From assembly GCA_965178125.1 (NCBI GenBank), contig OZ237749.1, forward strand, positions 744,001 through 808,000: a stretch of DNA of 64,000 nucleotides. Reading direction: 5' to 3'. Each line of letters begins with the position of its first letter. Position 1 is the first letter of the stretch. Of the stretch, positions 25,054 to 38,154 are shown in pieces. Under the pieces are notes generated by a model, which did not search any database, was not told the origin of the DNA, and saw only the letters and a list, made by a program, of their open reading frames with translations. The position numbers were made by a program, and so were the translations under genes. This stretch comes from Bilabrum cf. latius (Eukaryota).

Positions 25054-28000
25054 TCAAGACTTCACTTTGTGCAAGCCGGCCTCCATCCACCTCTATCGCG
25101 CCTTGCCCGCCACCCGGCGTAGCAGGCCAGCATCATCAAGTGCGGCAGCTGCGCCCTCTGCCATGTCCGACAGGGAGTCACCTTTGCTCTCTTGCATCGC
25201 GCCTTCTGCATCGGAAGCGCTGGCCTTTGCTTGCTCCCGTTTCGATGCGGCGTCGGCTCTCCGCACGAATTGTTTCGTGAGCGTCCTCGCCCACTCGAGC
25301 AGCACCACTTTCCTGCCGCCGCTCTGCGCCCAGTCTGCGTCCAGCTCGCCACCACCAGATCCCGCAGACGGCCCACCAGACGGAAGAAATAACTCTCCTT
25401 TGGATTCCACCTAAACGAGCCCTTTGCAGTCCTACACGAGCCGATCGTGCAAGCCGTGCACAGCCAGGGCCGACTGCCGCGTGCACAGCCCGCAAGAGAA
25501 GAGCAGAGCGTCAAGCACCTCGGCCGTGCGAATCGCCGCACGCCGGCGCGCCAGGCTCCAATCACCGCCATCCGAACCGCCTCCTTCCTTCGCCGCAGAT
25601 CGCGCAGCCTATTCGCAGCGCATCAGCACCTCGGCACATCGCTGCGCTACAGCCGCGGCCTCTTCTTCGAGGGCAGGGTCACCTGCCCACAAGTCGTGGG
25701 TCCCAGCCACGCCAGGGACCGACACCAGCCGCGATGCAGCCGGCTAGGACAGCGCCACGCAAGATTTCAAGCAGGCAGCGGCCGCCTTGCACCTCCAGGG
25801 CCCCTCGTCATCGAACGGGAAAGCCTCCGTGGCATCGAGACACGCGCGAACAAGGTGCAGCGGGCCGTCTGCTGGGTGCCCGGGAAACACCGCAGTGCTT
25901 GCTGCCAGGCCACAGAGAAGCCTGCCGGTGCGCACAGTAAGCGTCTAGAGCTCCCGGCCTGGACTTCCGCCTCCAGACCCGGCCGCCCCACCGGCGGCCG
26001 CAACCCTGCACCTCATCTACAGCTCAACGCCACTCTCTGCTGCTGGCCCTTCGATCTCAGCGATGGCTCGGCGCAGCATGGCATCTGCCTGTGGCCCGCA
26101 TCCGCTTGACAGTGCGCATTCAGCGGCATGCTGCAACATTTTGCATCGCTCGAGCGGGTCCGACTCGGCTGGCACAGTGACGTGCAGGAATGCGGCGCAA
26201 GCGCGGCTGAATGTCGCGCTCCGCTTCGTGTGCGCCGCAGCACCCTATCCCGCCGCGCCTCGGCGCCTCTGGGCCATGTCTAGCGCACGACGAAGCGTAA
26301 ACGCAGCTGCGTGCGCAACGGCAGCACGCGCCTGAGGGAACGCGTGAAGGGCCCTCCTGGCCGCGCCGAGGAAAGTTAGCCGGCGCTCCACGTCGCGGCC
26401 AAAGTCGGCAGCCAGCACCACGGCGGCGGCAAGTTGCCCGCACCCTCGCCTGTCGCTCTCGGGGCTCATGGCCGACAGCTCGCCAGCGATGGAGCGGCAC
26501 TGCTGCAGGGCGAGATCTGCGAGCACAGGGTCGGCGGAAGGGAGAGCTGCCGATCCACCGACGGACCACGGCCGGATGCCCCGCCTGGCCATGGCCTCTT
26601 CCGCCTCCCTGCACTCCTTCCTGCGTGAGGCCACAAAGGCCTTGCAGAGCGCAAGTCCGACGGCCTGCCTGCCCTCACCCTTTCCCCCAGCAGATGCTGC
26701 ATCCAGAAGGAGAGAGAAGGCTGGGCTTGTCACTAGATTCGCGAGGTCGGCGCCGCCCACGCTGCCTGCCCCTGCAGCGGCCTCATCGTCGTTGCCGCCC
26801 CAGCCCGTGACCCCCGCGTTGTATCCCGCAGACCACTTCCGTACCGACGTGGACTCGTCCACGCTGACGATCTGGTCCCCTGCGGCCAGGGAGGCAGACG
26901 AGTCTTGTGCAAACCCCAGGCCTTCGCAGCCGGCACAGGCAGACCCGGCAGCCCGATCGTCCATGCCGCCGGTTGCCACAATCACTAGCAGCTACTGCAC
27001 ACGCTGGGCAAGCGCATCTGGCAGGCGCCCCACCGACTTGGCTGGCTTGCCACCAGCAGCCCCGGCTCCTGAAGCAGCGCCGCCCGCAGCACCTCTGGCA
27101 GCCAATCTCTTGAGCTCAGCCTAGATTCGCCTGGCTGCCCCCTTGAGCACGACCTGCACCTCCGAAGAGCCGCCGTGTCTGAGAGCAAACAGCAGCATGC
27201 CTGCGCATCGACTGATGTACGCACCCGCGGCGCCCTCCCCGTTGCTGTCCTGGCCCTGCCCCGCCGTGTGTACCGGCAAGGCACCGCCGGCAGCGGCACC
27301 ACCCGGGTCCTCTTTCGGCTTCGCGGCGGCTGACTGCGCGGCCTTGTCTTCGTTCGTGGCAGCAGCCCATGCAGTGGTCAGAAGCGGGCGGATTTTGTCA
27401 GAGGGCGGCTCTGCTCGCGGCTGAGCCAGCCCGCGGCACAGGCTGGCATATAGCGCCGCAGGAGATGCCCCCCGAATGCCAGGCTTGGAGGACTTGGCCA
27501 GCGTAGCGAGCGGCTTCAAATATACCGCTTGCAGACGTCCTGGCCAATGCCACAGAAGAGCCTGCAGCGCGGCTGCCTGTCCGCAGCCGGAGTTGTACGC
27601 CTTCAGCAGCCTCTCGAAGATGGCCTTCTGCGCGGACGCTCCGCCCTCCTCCTCGCCATCCCTGGCTGCAGTCGCAGGCTCTTGCGAGGCCACAGCGGAT
27701 AGGTAGTGCCACGTGGGCGCAGAAAGGGAGGCAGCGAGTCGTGGCTCCAGCCTCACCCCCTGTGCCGTGTCCTCCTCGTCGGGGTCAGCTGGCTGCCCCT
27801 CCTCCCTGACACCCTGCTTGAACAGACTAAGAGAATCCAGCAAGCTGGCAGCGGCGATCCGGCGCTCGTTGCTCAGCGATCGTGCCAGTGCAGCGGCACC
27901 TCCAGCGCTGGCACCCGCCGCCCCGCCGCTCAGGAGGCGCCTGCCTACCCGCGCCACGTACAGCCTCGCGTGGTCTGCCACTAGGGGCGAGCCTAGCCCG

Positions 28001-29219
28001 CGGCACGTCCTCGCGAGCCGCAGTAGCATCGGTGCAAAATCAGCAGCATCAGATAGGAATCTCTGGCACTCTGCCAGCGCTGCTTCCATGTACAGTCGAG
28101 GCAGCATCTCGCGGATGCAGGCCGTCTTGTACAGCCAGTTGCGGCATATTTCCCTGGCTTCGGCAGGCACATCCGAGGCCAAGAACGTGTCGGGGAGTTT
28201 CTGCGGGTCTGTTCCGGAGGCTCGACTCATCTTGGCGTTCGCCCTGTCTGCCGACTCTCGAATGCGGGCAAACACGAGCCTCCCAAAAGTGTCCAGCACA
28301 GAGGTGGCCAGCACGAACATGGTGGGGTACACCTCCGGACTGCCGCGAGGACGGCACAGGAGTTTGGCTGCTTGAACTGCAAGCTTGAGGCTGAGAACCC
28401 GCTGCCCACCCGCCCATGCCCGCCGCAGCTGGGCGTGCATCTGCTGGAGCCTCCCGACGATGTCATTCTGCGAGAGAGCGATGACCTTACCCTGGCGCCT
28501 CTTCTCGGCCCGATCCATCTGCTCGAGTCGGCGGCGGGCATCGTCAAGGTTTCGCTCCTCCTCCTTTGGGGCGTCTAATTCGCCAGCATCTCTCAGAAGC
28601 TCCGCTGAGATGCGCACAGGTGCTCCTCGCCCGCCTGCCGGAGGCCGCAGCATGCTGTTACGGATCATTGGCCACAGCGCGTCCAGCTTCGACGACGCAG
28701 ACAGTGCCTTTACCTTGGCTGCGCTAGTCGGACCAGCCGGAGTTTCAGCGGCACCGGCACCTGCGGCATCTTCGCGTGCCTTGCGTTGCGCAGCTCGCAC
28801 GCCGAGAGGATCATCCGGTCCAGATGTATCAGCCCCAGCACCAGAAGTAGCAGATGAGGATGCAGGTAGAGTCGCAGGCTAGGTATGAGGCTTTTCATTG
28901 GTTCCAGCTGCCAGACGACGACGCGCGTACGCTAGTCCAGCATCATTGAGAGGATGCGACACAGCACCTGACCGCTGCGATTCGTGAGCATCCAGCTTCC
29001 CGTCAGTATCGCAAAGACGGGGCTTCCTACGAGATACATGTATAAAAGCACATCAATTGGCAAGCGATTAGTCCGCTTTTGATGCGGAGAAATCAAGTTT
29101 GACGTCGCTGGATCTCACCATTGCGGCTCGGCTGGATCGGCACCCTAGGTTGCCTGAGTTGGGGCCTTGGGTGGTGTGGCAGCGGCAGAAGCAGGTGTAT
29201 TTGCATCGGAGGATGCCAT
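25054..29219 (-). CDS. VPS35L: Retriever complex subunit VPS35L (C16orf62), about 1,357 aa; exons 29219-29119, 29026-25054
   Basis: W|KPR...HPL N-terminus, YPTMFVLATSVLDTFGRLVFARI, AREICRNWLYKTACIREMLPRLYMEAAL, HTKRSATFSRACAAFLHVTVP, QADAML and VFPGHP. Fragments are joined across TAGs; ends in TGA. Confidence 0.9.
29027..29118 (-). other. Spliceosomal intron in VPS35L, 92 nt, phase 2
   Basis: TG|GTGAGA...CTCGTAG|G. Removes an in-frame TGA and rebuilds the conserved Trp. Confidence 0.8.
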
Positions 29220-29445
29220 GCTAGGTAAATGTACAGCTATGCAGCCTGGAAATGTGCTTTTTTTTGGTGTTGCAGGAAAAATGTGAATTGGAATGTTACG
29301 AGCTAATGTCCCGAAGGGCCATGCGGCCTTTGGGCAAGCGTCGTTGTGGACTTCACGCTGTGTAGGCTTCCCACAAAATGAATGACAAGGGCTACAAATG
29401 TCTCAGGTATCAATGCATCCTGTTTTACCGCACATTGCAAAGGGT

Positions 29446-32400
29446 TCACGACACAACACAGCAACCCCCCCCTCTCCGCACCGCGGACGCATTCGAACCT
29501 GCAGACCCTTGGTCATTGCCAGGGCCACCGACACGGGGCTGTTCTGCGGAGTCGTCGATAATGCTGGCTGCATCCTGCACATGGACCTTGGCGTCCGCAT
29601 GCATATGGCTAGCACCGGGAGGCCGATCGCCGCCCGGGCCGGTACCCGCTTGCGTGCTGTCCTGCATGTCCCTGCCCCTGCCCCTGCTGCCTGTGCCGGT
29701 GCCATCCTCGTCCTGCTCTTCCTCGGGTGTCTTGCCGCCCTGCGAGCCATCCAGCGTGACTCCTTGCTGCAGGCGTAGAACATGCTTCATCTGCTCCGCG
29801 TGTCGCCCAGGCGCGTCCAGTGCCGTGGGATACACCACGCTGCTCCCCCGGCGCCGCGATAGACCAGACTCATCCTCCGTGTTGGAAGACTCGTGGCTCC
29901 CAGTGCCCCCCTTGGTGCCATCGTGCTGCCCCTATCCACCTGAACTTGAGGATGACCCGCCCACCGTGCCTGAAGTGCCGCCCCCTCTGGTCTCACCTGA
30001 CCCGCTGCCGTCTGTCACGACTCTGGCGGCGGAATCCGGATCCTGCAAGTCGACACAAGGCACTTGCTGCGGCACCAGTGCCGGTTGAGAGGCTGCATTC
30101 GTGGATGCGGTCGAGAATGAATTCTGCCCGCTGGCAGCAGGGTCCATGGAGGAAGCGAGCGGCTCGCGCTGGTGGACCTTGGGGGATGAATGCCGGGCCA
30201 CTTCAATCTCGCCAGAGCTCCCGGGCATCCTCCCGTCGTGAGCTCGATGAGAGCCCGACAGCCCGGTATCATCCGTGCTCGTGCGCCCTGATGATGCGTT
30301 GGCACTGCCCGTTGCAGTGGTACCGCACTCCAGTGCGATATGCGGGGCGTGCCGCAGCGCCACCCCACCGAAGCTTGTCATTGCGGTCGCGGTTATGATC
30401 TGGTGCGCTGGAGCACCGGAGCTGCTGCTGCCGCGCTCCAAACCATCGCTGGGACTTGGTGCTCGCATACCAGATCCATAAGCTCCATGCCGATCGCCAA
30501 TCACGGATCGATCATCTGCAATGTCTACGAGCTACGTTGAGGGATTCAGCACACCAGCACGACTGGAACCACCATCCGACTCGACGGAATTTTGAGTGCG
30601 AGAAGCTTTCAGCGACCCGCTTCCGTTCTTGGCCGAGTCTGTGCTTGATTTCGTCTCATCCTATTCAGGTAGGCTGTCCAGCGGGTATGCAAGGTGCTCC
30701 GAGGCCTTCTGCATGTGGCCTGGTCGCTTGGTGTGTCGCGTTGCGGGACTCACTGCCTGCACTCCACTCTGCACGGCAGCACTTGTTCCACTCTCACCAG
30801 TATCTCCCATTGACACGTGCGTGCCGCTTGAATTGCTGCCAGTGCGACCAGTTATGTGCCCAGAAAGCCCATCCTCGGTTGGGCGACCACCCACTGCACT
30901 AGCCCTGGCGGCAGCTGGACCTGGAAAAGCGCTGGAATCGTGGGCTTGGTTTAAGATAGGCTCAAGGGGAGCCTGGCTGCTACCAAATCCGATGCGAAGG
31001 GCCCCAGATGTCTCCTGCGTGGACTCACCGGTCCCTGCTGCGACACCCCTCAGCCTGTCCATCAGGGGCGAGTCAACCCAGTCTGGGCTTGAGCTTACGC
31101 CAGACGGCTGGAGCGTTCCCAATGGCGGCGAGCTGGATGGCTCTCCTGCACCTACTACGAACCTCCTCACCCCATCGAGATCTGGGACGATACCATCTTC
31201 AGGCAGGTCATCGTCAAGGATGGCCATGCCTGGGGGCATTCCTGTGGAGGGTTTTCGCCGCAGTATCATGGTGTTGACTGCTCCTTTCCACTCCTGGCCA
31301 GACTCGCCAGCGGCTCGTCCAAACTCGGGGTCCGTCTGCACGTGACCAGACCCGCTGCGCTTCCTCCAGTTGTCTTCGGTGCTTGTGGCGTGCGAAGTGG
31401 CTGAGCCTATGACCGTGGGACCGAAATCTGCATCCCCGTCACCGGCCATTGGGGTGGGAGCTGCTCCAAGTGACGTGCTACCGTCCAAATCTAGCGAGTC
31501 GGAGCCCACGTGCGAAGAAGTTGACCTGCCCGGGTGCTTGGCAATTCTACCAGAGCGGCCATTGCGTCTCGAGCTCGCAGCAGAGGTGAAGCTCTAGTGC
31601 CTGGATCGTTTCGAAAACGGTGTTCCGGCTCGCAACGACCTCACTTGGGCCCCGTCAGACTTCCGCTTCACTTTCCTAGAGGAGGGATGACTGCCAGTGC
31701 TGTGCATTGAATCAGACACGCTCGTGCCTCCCGCAGTATTCGAGGCTACTTCTGCACCTGATGCTCCTCGGCTGGCGTTTGAAGCAGCGCGCGTAAGATC
31801 CATGGGTGATCCACCGTACGTGTTTACGTTCAAACCGGCCTTTCGATCGTGTGGCGGCGTACCCTGGGTCACATCGCGAGCTACCGTTGAGAGCAGGTGG
31901 AGTGCATCGTCTGGAATGGGCGACGTCCTCTCCTTGGAATTGCTTGATGTCCCTCCATTTTTCTTGGAGTTCGATCGGCTCGATGCAACTACCAGCAGCT
32001 CCTGTTTTGCAGCGGCCTACTGAGAGTCAGTTGCGGGTTTGGGTGCCTGGGCCTTGCTGTCCTCTGAGTGGCTCGAGCTGCCCGACAGACGGGATGGGCC
32101 CGAGTCAATGCTGAAGTCCCTGTCTGCGCTTCGAGCTAATGCTTCAATCTGTCTCGGTCTCTCTAGAACTGGTTTTGCCCTGGGGTTCGGGTCGGAGAGC
32201 CAGTTGGTTCCTATTGCACGCCTCCCTCCCTACCCGTCCTTGTCTTTAGACAGTGGAGTAAACGACGATTTTGTGCTGCCAGACTTCTCGCTCTGCTGCG
32301 AAAATGAGCCTCTCTCTACGTGATCGATGTTATGAATCGAATCGGCAGCCACTGGGGCCCCTGTTGCAAAATCCCTGGTCGTGTTTTCAGAGGACGCATA

Positions 32401-33951
32401 CTTTGCGGTGCCATGCGGCGACTGCACCAGCCCTGCGCCGTTCTTCCTCCACCGCTCCGAGGAATCGCTGTACATACTATCGCCTTCAATGCGCGGAGGA
32501 CCAGCCGACTGCGCTGCCACCAAGGGGTGTCGCTAGCCCAGCTGGCTGGTGTGTCCGGGTGCATGCTGACTGCTGGAGGCGAGGGCGACACCAGGGTCGT
32601 GCTATCGACTCTCACCACCACCATTGGACTCAACTGCAACTCCCTTGGGCTACCCACGCACTTCTTCGAAACTAGAATGCTGCGGGCTCAGGGTCCTCCT
32701 CGGCGACGCGTCTGCTATTTGGTCCTCTCTCGAAATCGACCGGCGGCGACGACCCCTGGCTATCCCGGGGGGACCTGAGCTAGTGTCAGTCGCCGTGTCA
32801 GCATCAAACTCGTCGAGGAGCTCGCCTACCCGCCGGCCTTTGACCCGTTTCTAGTTGCTGTCCCTTTGCTTCCGCCACGAGGATCCTGCCCCAACACCTC
32901 CCGACTGCTCCGGTGCGGGGCCTGGCCCAGCTGCACTGGCGCTTCCACCACCCTTGACCCACTTGCCGCTGCTTCCAGAGCCGCCACTGCCAGTGGGAGT
33001 CACCGAGGGCAGCGATCTCTCAGCGGGCTGCCCGCTCGCACTGGCTGCAGCATCATTCATGACGTCAGACATGCGAAATTCCCTGCCCGGTGGGCTTGCC
33101 AGAGCCTTGGGATCGGTCTATCCGGTGGCTGAGGGACGTTTCGGCTGCTGTTTTGGCTTGAACGCCGGTGGAAGTCGCGGGGCTATGTGTGTGGTTTCTG
33201 GTTTCTCGTTGTGCAGAGCTTTTCCCCAGTTCAAATAGCCGCCCTGGCCCTGCCTCGGTCCGTCGTAGAGGGAGTCCATGGAGGGAGCTGCCGTGGGCTG
33301 CCCAAGGGTGCTGTCCCCAACCTGGTATGCGGTACTGAAGGCGCCACTAGAGCCGCCAAAGGACGTTCCACCACCCATCGACCCGCCGTCGTCGTCCTAT
33401 GCGAGCATAATGCCATCCCCTAGGTCGCCAACGCGTCGGCGGTTCTTCGTTCGATACATACCATCCTGTGAACACAGCAGTGGAGCAACAATTGAGGCAA
33501 TAATCAGCTTTGCTAGGTAGCAGGGCAACATTAGCAAAGATACGTGGCATGCTGGGCCGCACAAAAAAACACTCACAGGATTCTACAGCTGCTAATCTCG
33601 CCACGATCTACCGCCACCACGAGCCTGAGAGTCCTGGTCTGGCACATCATCTGCACAAGGACTTTAAGTGAATTGAATGCCAATCATCAAGATTCAACCG
33701 GCATATCACAACTGTGATCGAGCGCAGCACGGTGTGGTTCTCAACGCATGAGTGCCGCTTGCCTGTTCATGGCACACGTGCAGCAATGCAGAGCTAAATG
33801 CCAACTTCGTAATTCTATACTCACTCTTAGCCATCGACCGAAGCATTTTGGCTCGCTCCATTGCATCGTTGGTCACGTCAGCTACGAATGTTGACGTTTG
33901 GGTTGGTTGCTTGGCTTTTTTGTCTTCCGTTCCTGCTTCCACCTTCTCCAT
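29446..33951 (-). CDS. Ser/Gly-rich, likely disordered protein of about 1,400 aa with a C-terminal CCVVS (CaaX) motif; exons 33951-33825, 33650-33577, 33465-29446
   Basis: Seven track ORFs lie in one minus frame and are joined across TAGs. Ends RRGGGCCVVS-TGA. Two phase-compatible GTGAGT...CAG introns (33651-33824, 33466-33576). The 5' structure is less certain. Confidence 0.7.
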
Positions 33952-34297
33952 GACTACGTAGCTGAACAGTTACGCTCAATCAAAGCAAGCTAGCAATGTT
34001 GGAAGGGGATAAGCGGTCGCAGGAAGAGACCTGCGGAGCAGAAAATGTGCGACGAGTCTGCCTTGCTTGTGGTCGCTCGCTGTCAGTAGTGTGACGAGTG
34101 GCTGCGATCCGGCATTGCGCACGCTGCATGCACGCAGCATGCACTCACTCCTTGACCTATGTTGGGACAATGTACTCACTTTCGCATCAAGATTCATAGG
34201 GTATAAGGCAAAGGTTCTGAGCCATCGTGATAGGAAAATGAGAGAAACTGAAACAAGCATGAAGGGCTGCAGCAGTTCTGAGCCACCATATATTCAC

Positions 34298-37200
34298 TCA
34301 AGCCAACGAACCTCCCACCGCACGGGCGAGCTATTCATCGTACCTCTGAAGTGCCTACATGCGCCTTCTTGCCAGCACCGCCACACCACGGCTTGAAGAT
34401 CGCCGACTCATTTCAGGCCCGTCTCCTCGGGCCTGGGTGCTCACAGCCACACCCCTGCTCGCACCAACAAGCCCCGCGAGACTCCCAACCTGAGGGGGCC
34501 CAGGCAGAGATTGGCTGGCTGAGCCTTCTGAATCGATAGACATAACCTGCTGCGACTCTCTCGGGACGTTGAGACCAACTGAAGCCGCGCCGCCTCTGCT
34601 TGGTGCTCCACGTGCACGTGCACTTCTCTGCGGGCTGCTGCTGCTCGATGACAGCGCGGCGAGGCTGCCCTGGGCCTTCTTTGCATGCACAGCACGAGAC
34701 CGAGAATCAGGACGAGGGCCAGAAAGAGGCCGGTGCGAGCTTATGCCTTGGTCTGACGGGTCCCGTTTACTCCTTAGCTTTTCTTGAGCTGCACGCTGTG
34801 TGATAGGGTCTGCACCAGTTGACACGAACGCAACCGTATCCCGTCCTGGGCTTGGTGGCTCGGCCTGGCCACCTGTTGCACGCCGGGCCATCTATTTGGC
34901 CTGATGGCGATCCTGCTGGCCCAATTGCGCGCTGGCCTTCTCCATGCCCGAGCTAGTGACATGCCTGCTGTACTTGCCGCTGGATCGCCCAGCAGTTGGA
35001 TTCTGACGCTCCTGGGGTCGGACCACCAAATCGTACGGCGAACCGCCCGCACGGCTTGCGACTGCACGAGATGACGAATGCAAAGCCTTACCGCCGAGCT
35101 CCACGACCGGACAGGGAGCACAGTCGAGTAGAAATGGGTGGGACAGTGCTTCCAGAGCAGAGATTCTGCTTCGAGGGTCGTAGTCCAGGCAGCGAGCCAA
35201 GAGATCGACAAGGATAGGCGGGGCCAAAGCCTCGGGCGCAGAAGAAGGAGCAAGTAGTGAGCCTCCTGACGTGCAGCCCTGCCTTGCCTTCGAAATGATC
35301 GAACGGAGCTTCCGCATGAGCGCCGCCGTCGTTGTCTTGGAGATTGTCGCATGTCTCGAAGGTCCTGCTAAACACGGCGCCACGTGACTGAGAAACTTGG
35401 CACTTCGCACCGCTGCTGCAGTTTGACTTGCCTTGGCCGTACTACCCCGCTGCCAAAGATCAGTTGGCATGCGACCAAGCACTCGCTACATGCGCACCAA
35501 CAGTGCAAGGCGCTCCACTCGTTGTGCCTGACCGGCTGCCCCAGCTGCCATGCCTCGTGCGATGCGGATATCATCGGCGTTTGGAAGGAGTATCCCTGCA
35601 GTACCCGCACACAGCTCCAAGAGCACAACTCCCACCGCAAATACGTCGCATGACGGGCTGATCGACTCACCAACTACGATCTCAGGTGCACGGTACCCAG
35701 CCGGCTGCAACTGAAAGTCAGTGGAGTACATTTTCCTGCCTGATCGCGAGAACGAGTTGCCCAAATCAGCCAAGACCACGGAAGGATCGCCTCTGCACGA
35801 CCGCAGCAGTTCCTCCGATCGTGCCGCTCGCGACTCGGACGACGCGGTCGCCAGCGCAGACTCCCGCAGGGCCTCGAGAGCCCTGTCGCACTCCCGAACA
35901 CCCACAGCCGCTGGTGCCCCTTGCAAAAGTACTGCTCGCATTCGGCCGGATGCATCTTTTGCCTTCGACTCTAGCCTCTTTGCTTCCACGAGCTCCTTTT
36001 CTGCGTCGAATTTCGCGATGAGCGCCTTGGCGGTGGCCACGCCAGAGAGAATGTTGTCGGGCTTGACATCAGCGTGCACGATGCCACGTCTAGCAAGGTG
36101 CGCCAGCGCGGTAAACAGGCGCCTCGCTATCTTTGATACAGCCTGCCAGCTGCAAGACGTGGAGCGACGCCCGGGACGCTCTGCGATTGGACGAGCTGCG
36201 CTGCATTGCGAGGCAGCTGCAGTAATGCTTGCAGCGCCTGCTTTACTTGTCCCTGGCTAGCTGCTCGCGAGGTGCTCTGACGGCTGCAGGTCGTACACCT
36301 CCAGCAAAGACGGCCCCCTGAGCTCCATCACGATGCAAAAGTGGCCAAAGTACTGGAAGCAGTCCAAGTACTTTACAAGAGACTAATCAACGCTATCTCG
36401 CATGGGCAGCAGGCCTGCTGTCTGGTCGATGCGAGGAGGCTGCCGGGAGCTGCTGTCAACAGCACTAGCACGACCCTCGGCGTCGGTGGTGCCGCGTCCA
36501 TCGGTCACGGTAGAGGCAGACTGCAGCACGCCACCGACGTGCCGCTGCCTCACCTTGGCGCTGCTTGGTGAAGACGCAGGCGGCTCCGGCTCGAAGAGTC
36601 CTATCGACTTGCGAGGTGGTGAGGGAGATGCTTTGGTAATGGATGATCCATCCTCGGCCGACGGACCAAGGCCAAGATCCGGACTCCGAAGGCTGGAAAC
36701 AGGCTTGCTTTCGTCGATCCGGCGGCGCTTGCCAGGTCTACCAGGACCACGGGAAGGGCCCACCGCTTGAATGGGCTGCGGCCGCCGGCGACCCATAGGC
36801 ATCTCAGGATCATCATCCTCCTCTTCGTCTGAGGACTCCACTGCTTGCCGCGTCGAGACGGCTTGTCTGGAAGAGCTCTCAACGCTGCTGTGACCAGTGG
36901 GAGATGGTAGCATCTCCATTGTACCGTGACTTCGCTTCGCACCGGGCGAGGTAACATTGGCTTGGACGCGGCTGGAGAGAAGCAGGGACGATTTGGCATC
37001 TTGGCCTGATGGCTAGGGCTACTAGACCGGAACTTCATGGCCTATTGGCGTGCGTCTGGCGGCATGCATGCGAGAAAGGCTGAGTAGACCTCTACGCCCC
37101 GATTCTTTAGTGCTTGTCGGGCTGGGTATCGGGGATGAAGGCACATGCTCCCCAGGCGAGCTGACCGCCTTTGAAGTTACATCAGAGGCACGGCTTGGAG

Positions 37201-37984
37201 TAGTAGTGGACCCTAAGCTACCGAGGGTGCTCGTCACAGAGCGCTTTCGACTCGCCGATGCAGCAGGTCTACCGCCGAGCAAGTCGGTCAAGGTGCTCGA
37301 ACGAGGAGATTTAGTGCTACCACTTGCAGCGCTACCCAGCGATGTTTCAGCTTCTTTATTGATCTTCGAGGCTACACCAACCATGCTTTCTGCTGTGAAC
37401 CGAGCGAGAGCCTCCGTACGTAATTCACGCACCGATTTCGTCGGTGACGGCGAAAGCCAGTTGGCCAGCTGCGCCCACTCCGCGGCGCTCCATTCACCAC
37501 ATCCTGCTTCTTGCATTCGGCAGACCTCCTGAACACCAATTTTACCGAATTGGCGGTGCATGACCTTGATGGCGACCATCCGAACCTGTTCGGAGGTTCT
37601 CGTGAAATCGGGCGCTTGTGAGTCCGGCAAAGGTGCAGGGCCTGGTTGGCTAGTCTATCTTGGAGTTCTGCTACCAACAAACGGACTGCTCCACTCATCA
37701 ATCGCTTGAAGTGTGATGCTGAAAGCACCCTGGCCGAGCACTCCCACAATACGGTACCGACCTGCCAGCAAAGGATACTAGTCGGCAAGTTCGACGCGAA
37801 ACCTTCCAGATTTAGCTGATACTCTAACGTTTGTACCATAGGAGCCGTGCTGGTGGCCCAAGTTTGTGTGCACATGCTTCAATCCAACGGTGAGTGCGTG
37901 GCCAACGCGAATCCGATTCCCAATTGTCTGCCGTGCTGCCACCCTTGTTGCCTCCTGGCCGGTAGCATAGGCCTAAAATGCCAT
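34298..37984 (-). CDS. CMGC-group (DYRK/HIPK/PRP4-like) protein kinase with large low-complexity inserts, about 1,228 aa, apparently intronless
   Basis: GRYRIVGVLGQGAFS, VAIKVM, IGVQEV, LVKYLDCFQYFGHFCIVMELRG, IVHADVKPDNIL, VVLADLG, QPAGYRAPE, CDVFAVG and LDYDPRSRISALEALSHPFL are all in one frame when TAG is sense. Ends in TGA. Confidence 0.88.
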
Positions 37985-38154
37985 CAGATTAGGGAGTGCA
38001 ACGTCTCGCCGATGGACTCATTCTTGAGTTAGAATGCACAGGAATTTCCTACTGCATCTTTCCGGGTCTCGAGCCAGTTCCGGTTTAAAATACAAAACAA
38101 TAAGTAACCCTGTTGTATCTGTGCAATCATGCATGAGTAGCGCTACACCAGTGC

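Noticed and set aside
33952-34297. Possible tRNA (e.g. suppressor tRNA-Gln CUA) or ncRNA in the larger intergenic gaps, also 59635-60024
   Set aside because: No cloverleaf or A/B-box pattern recognised by eye; tRNAscan-SE or Infernal would be needed.
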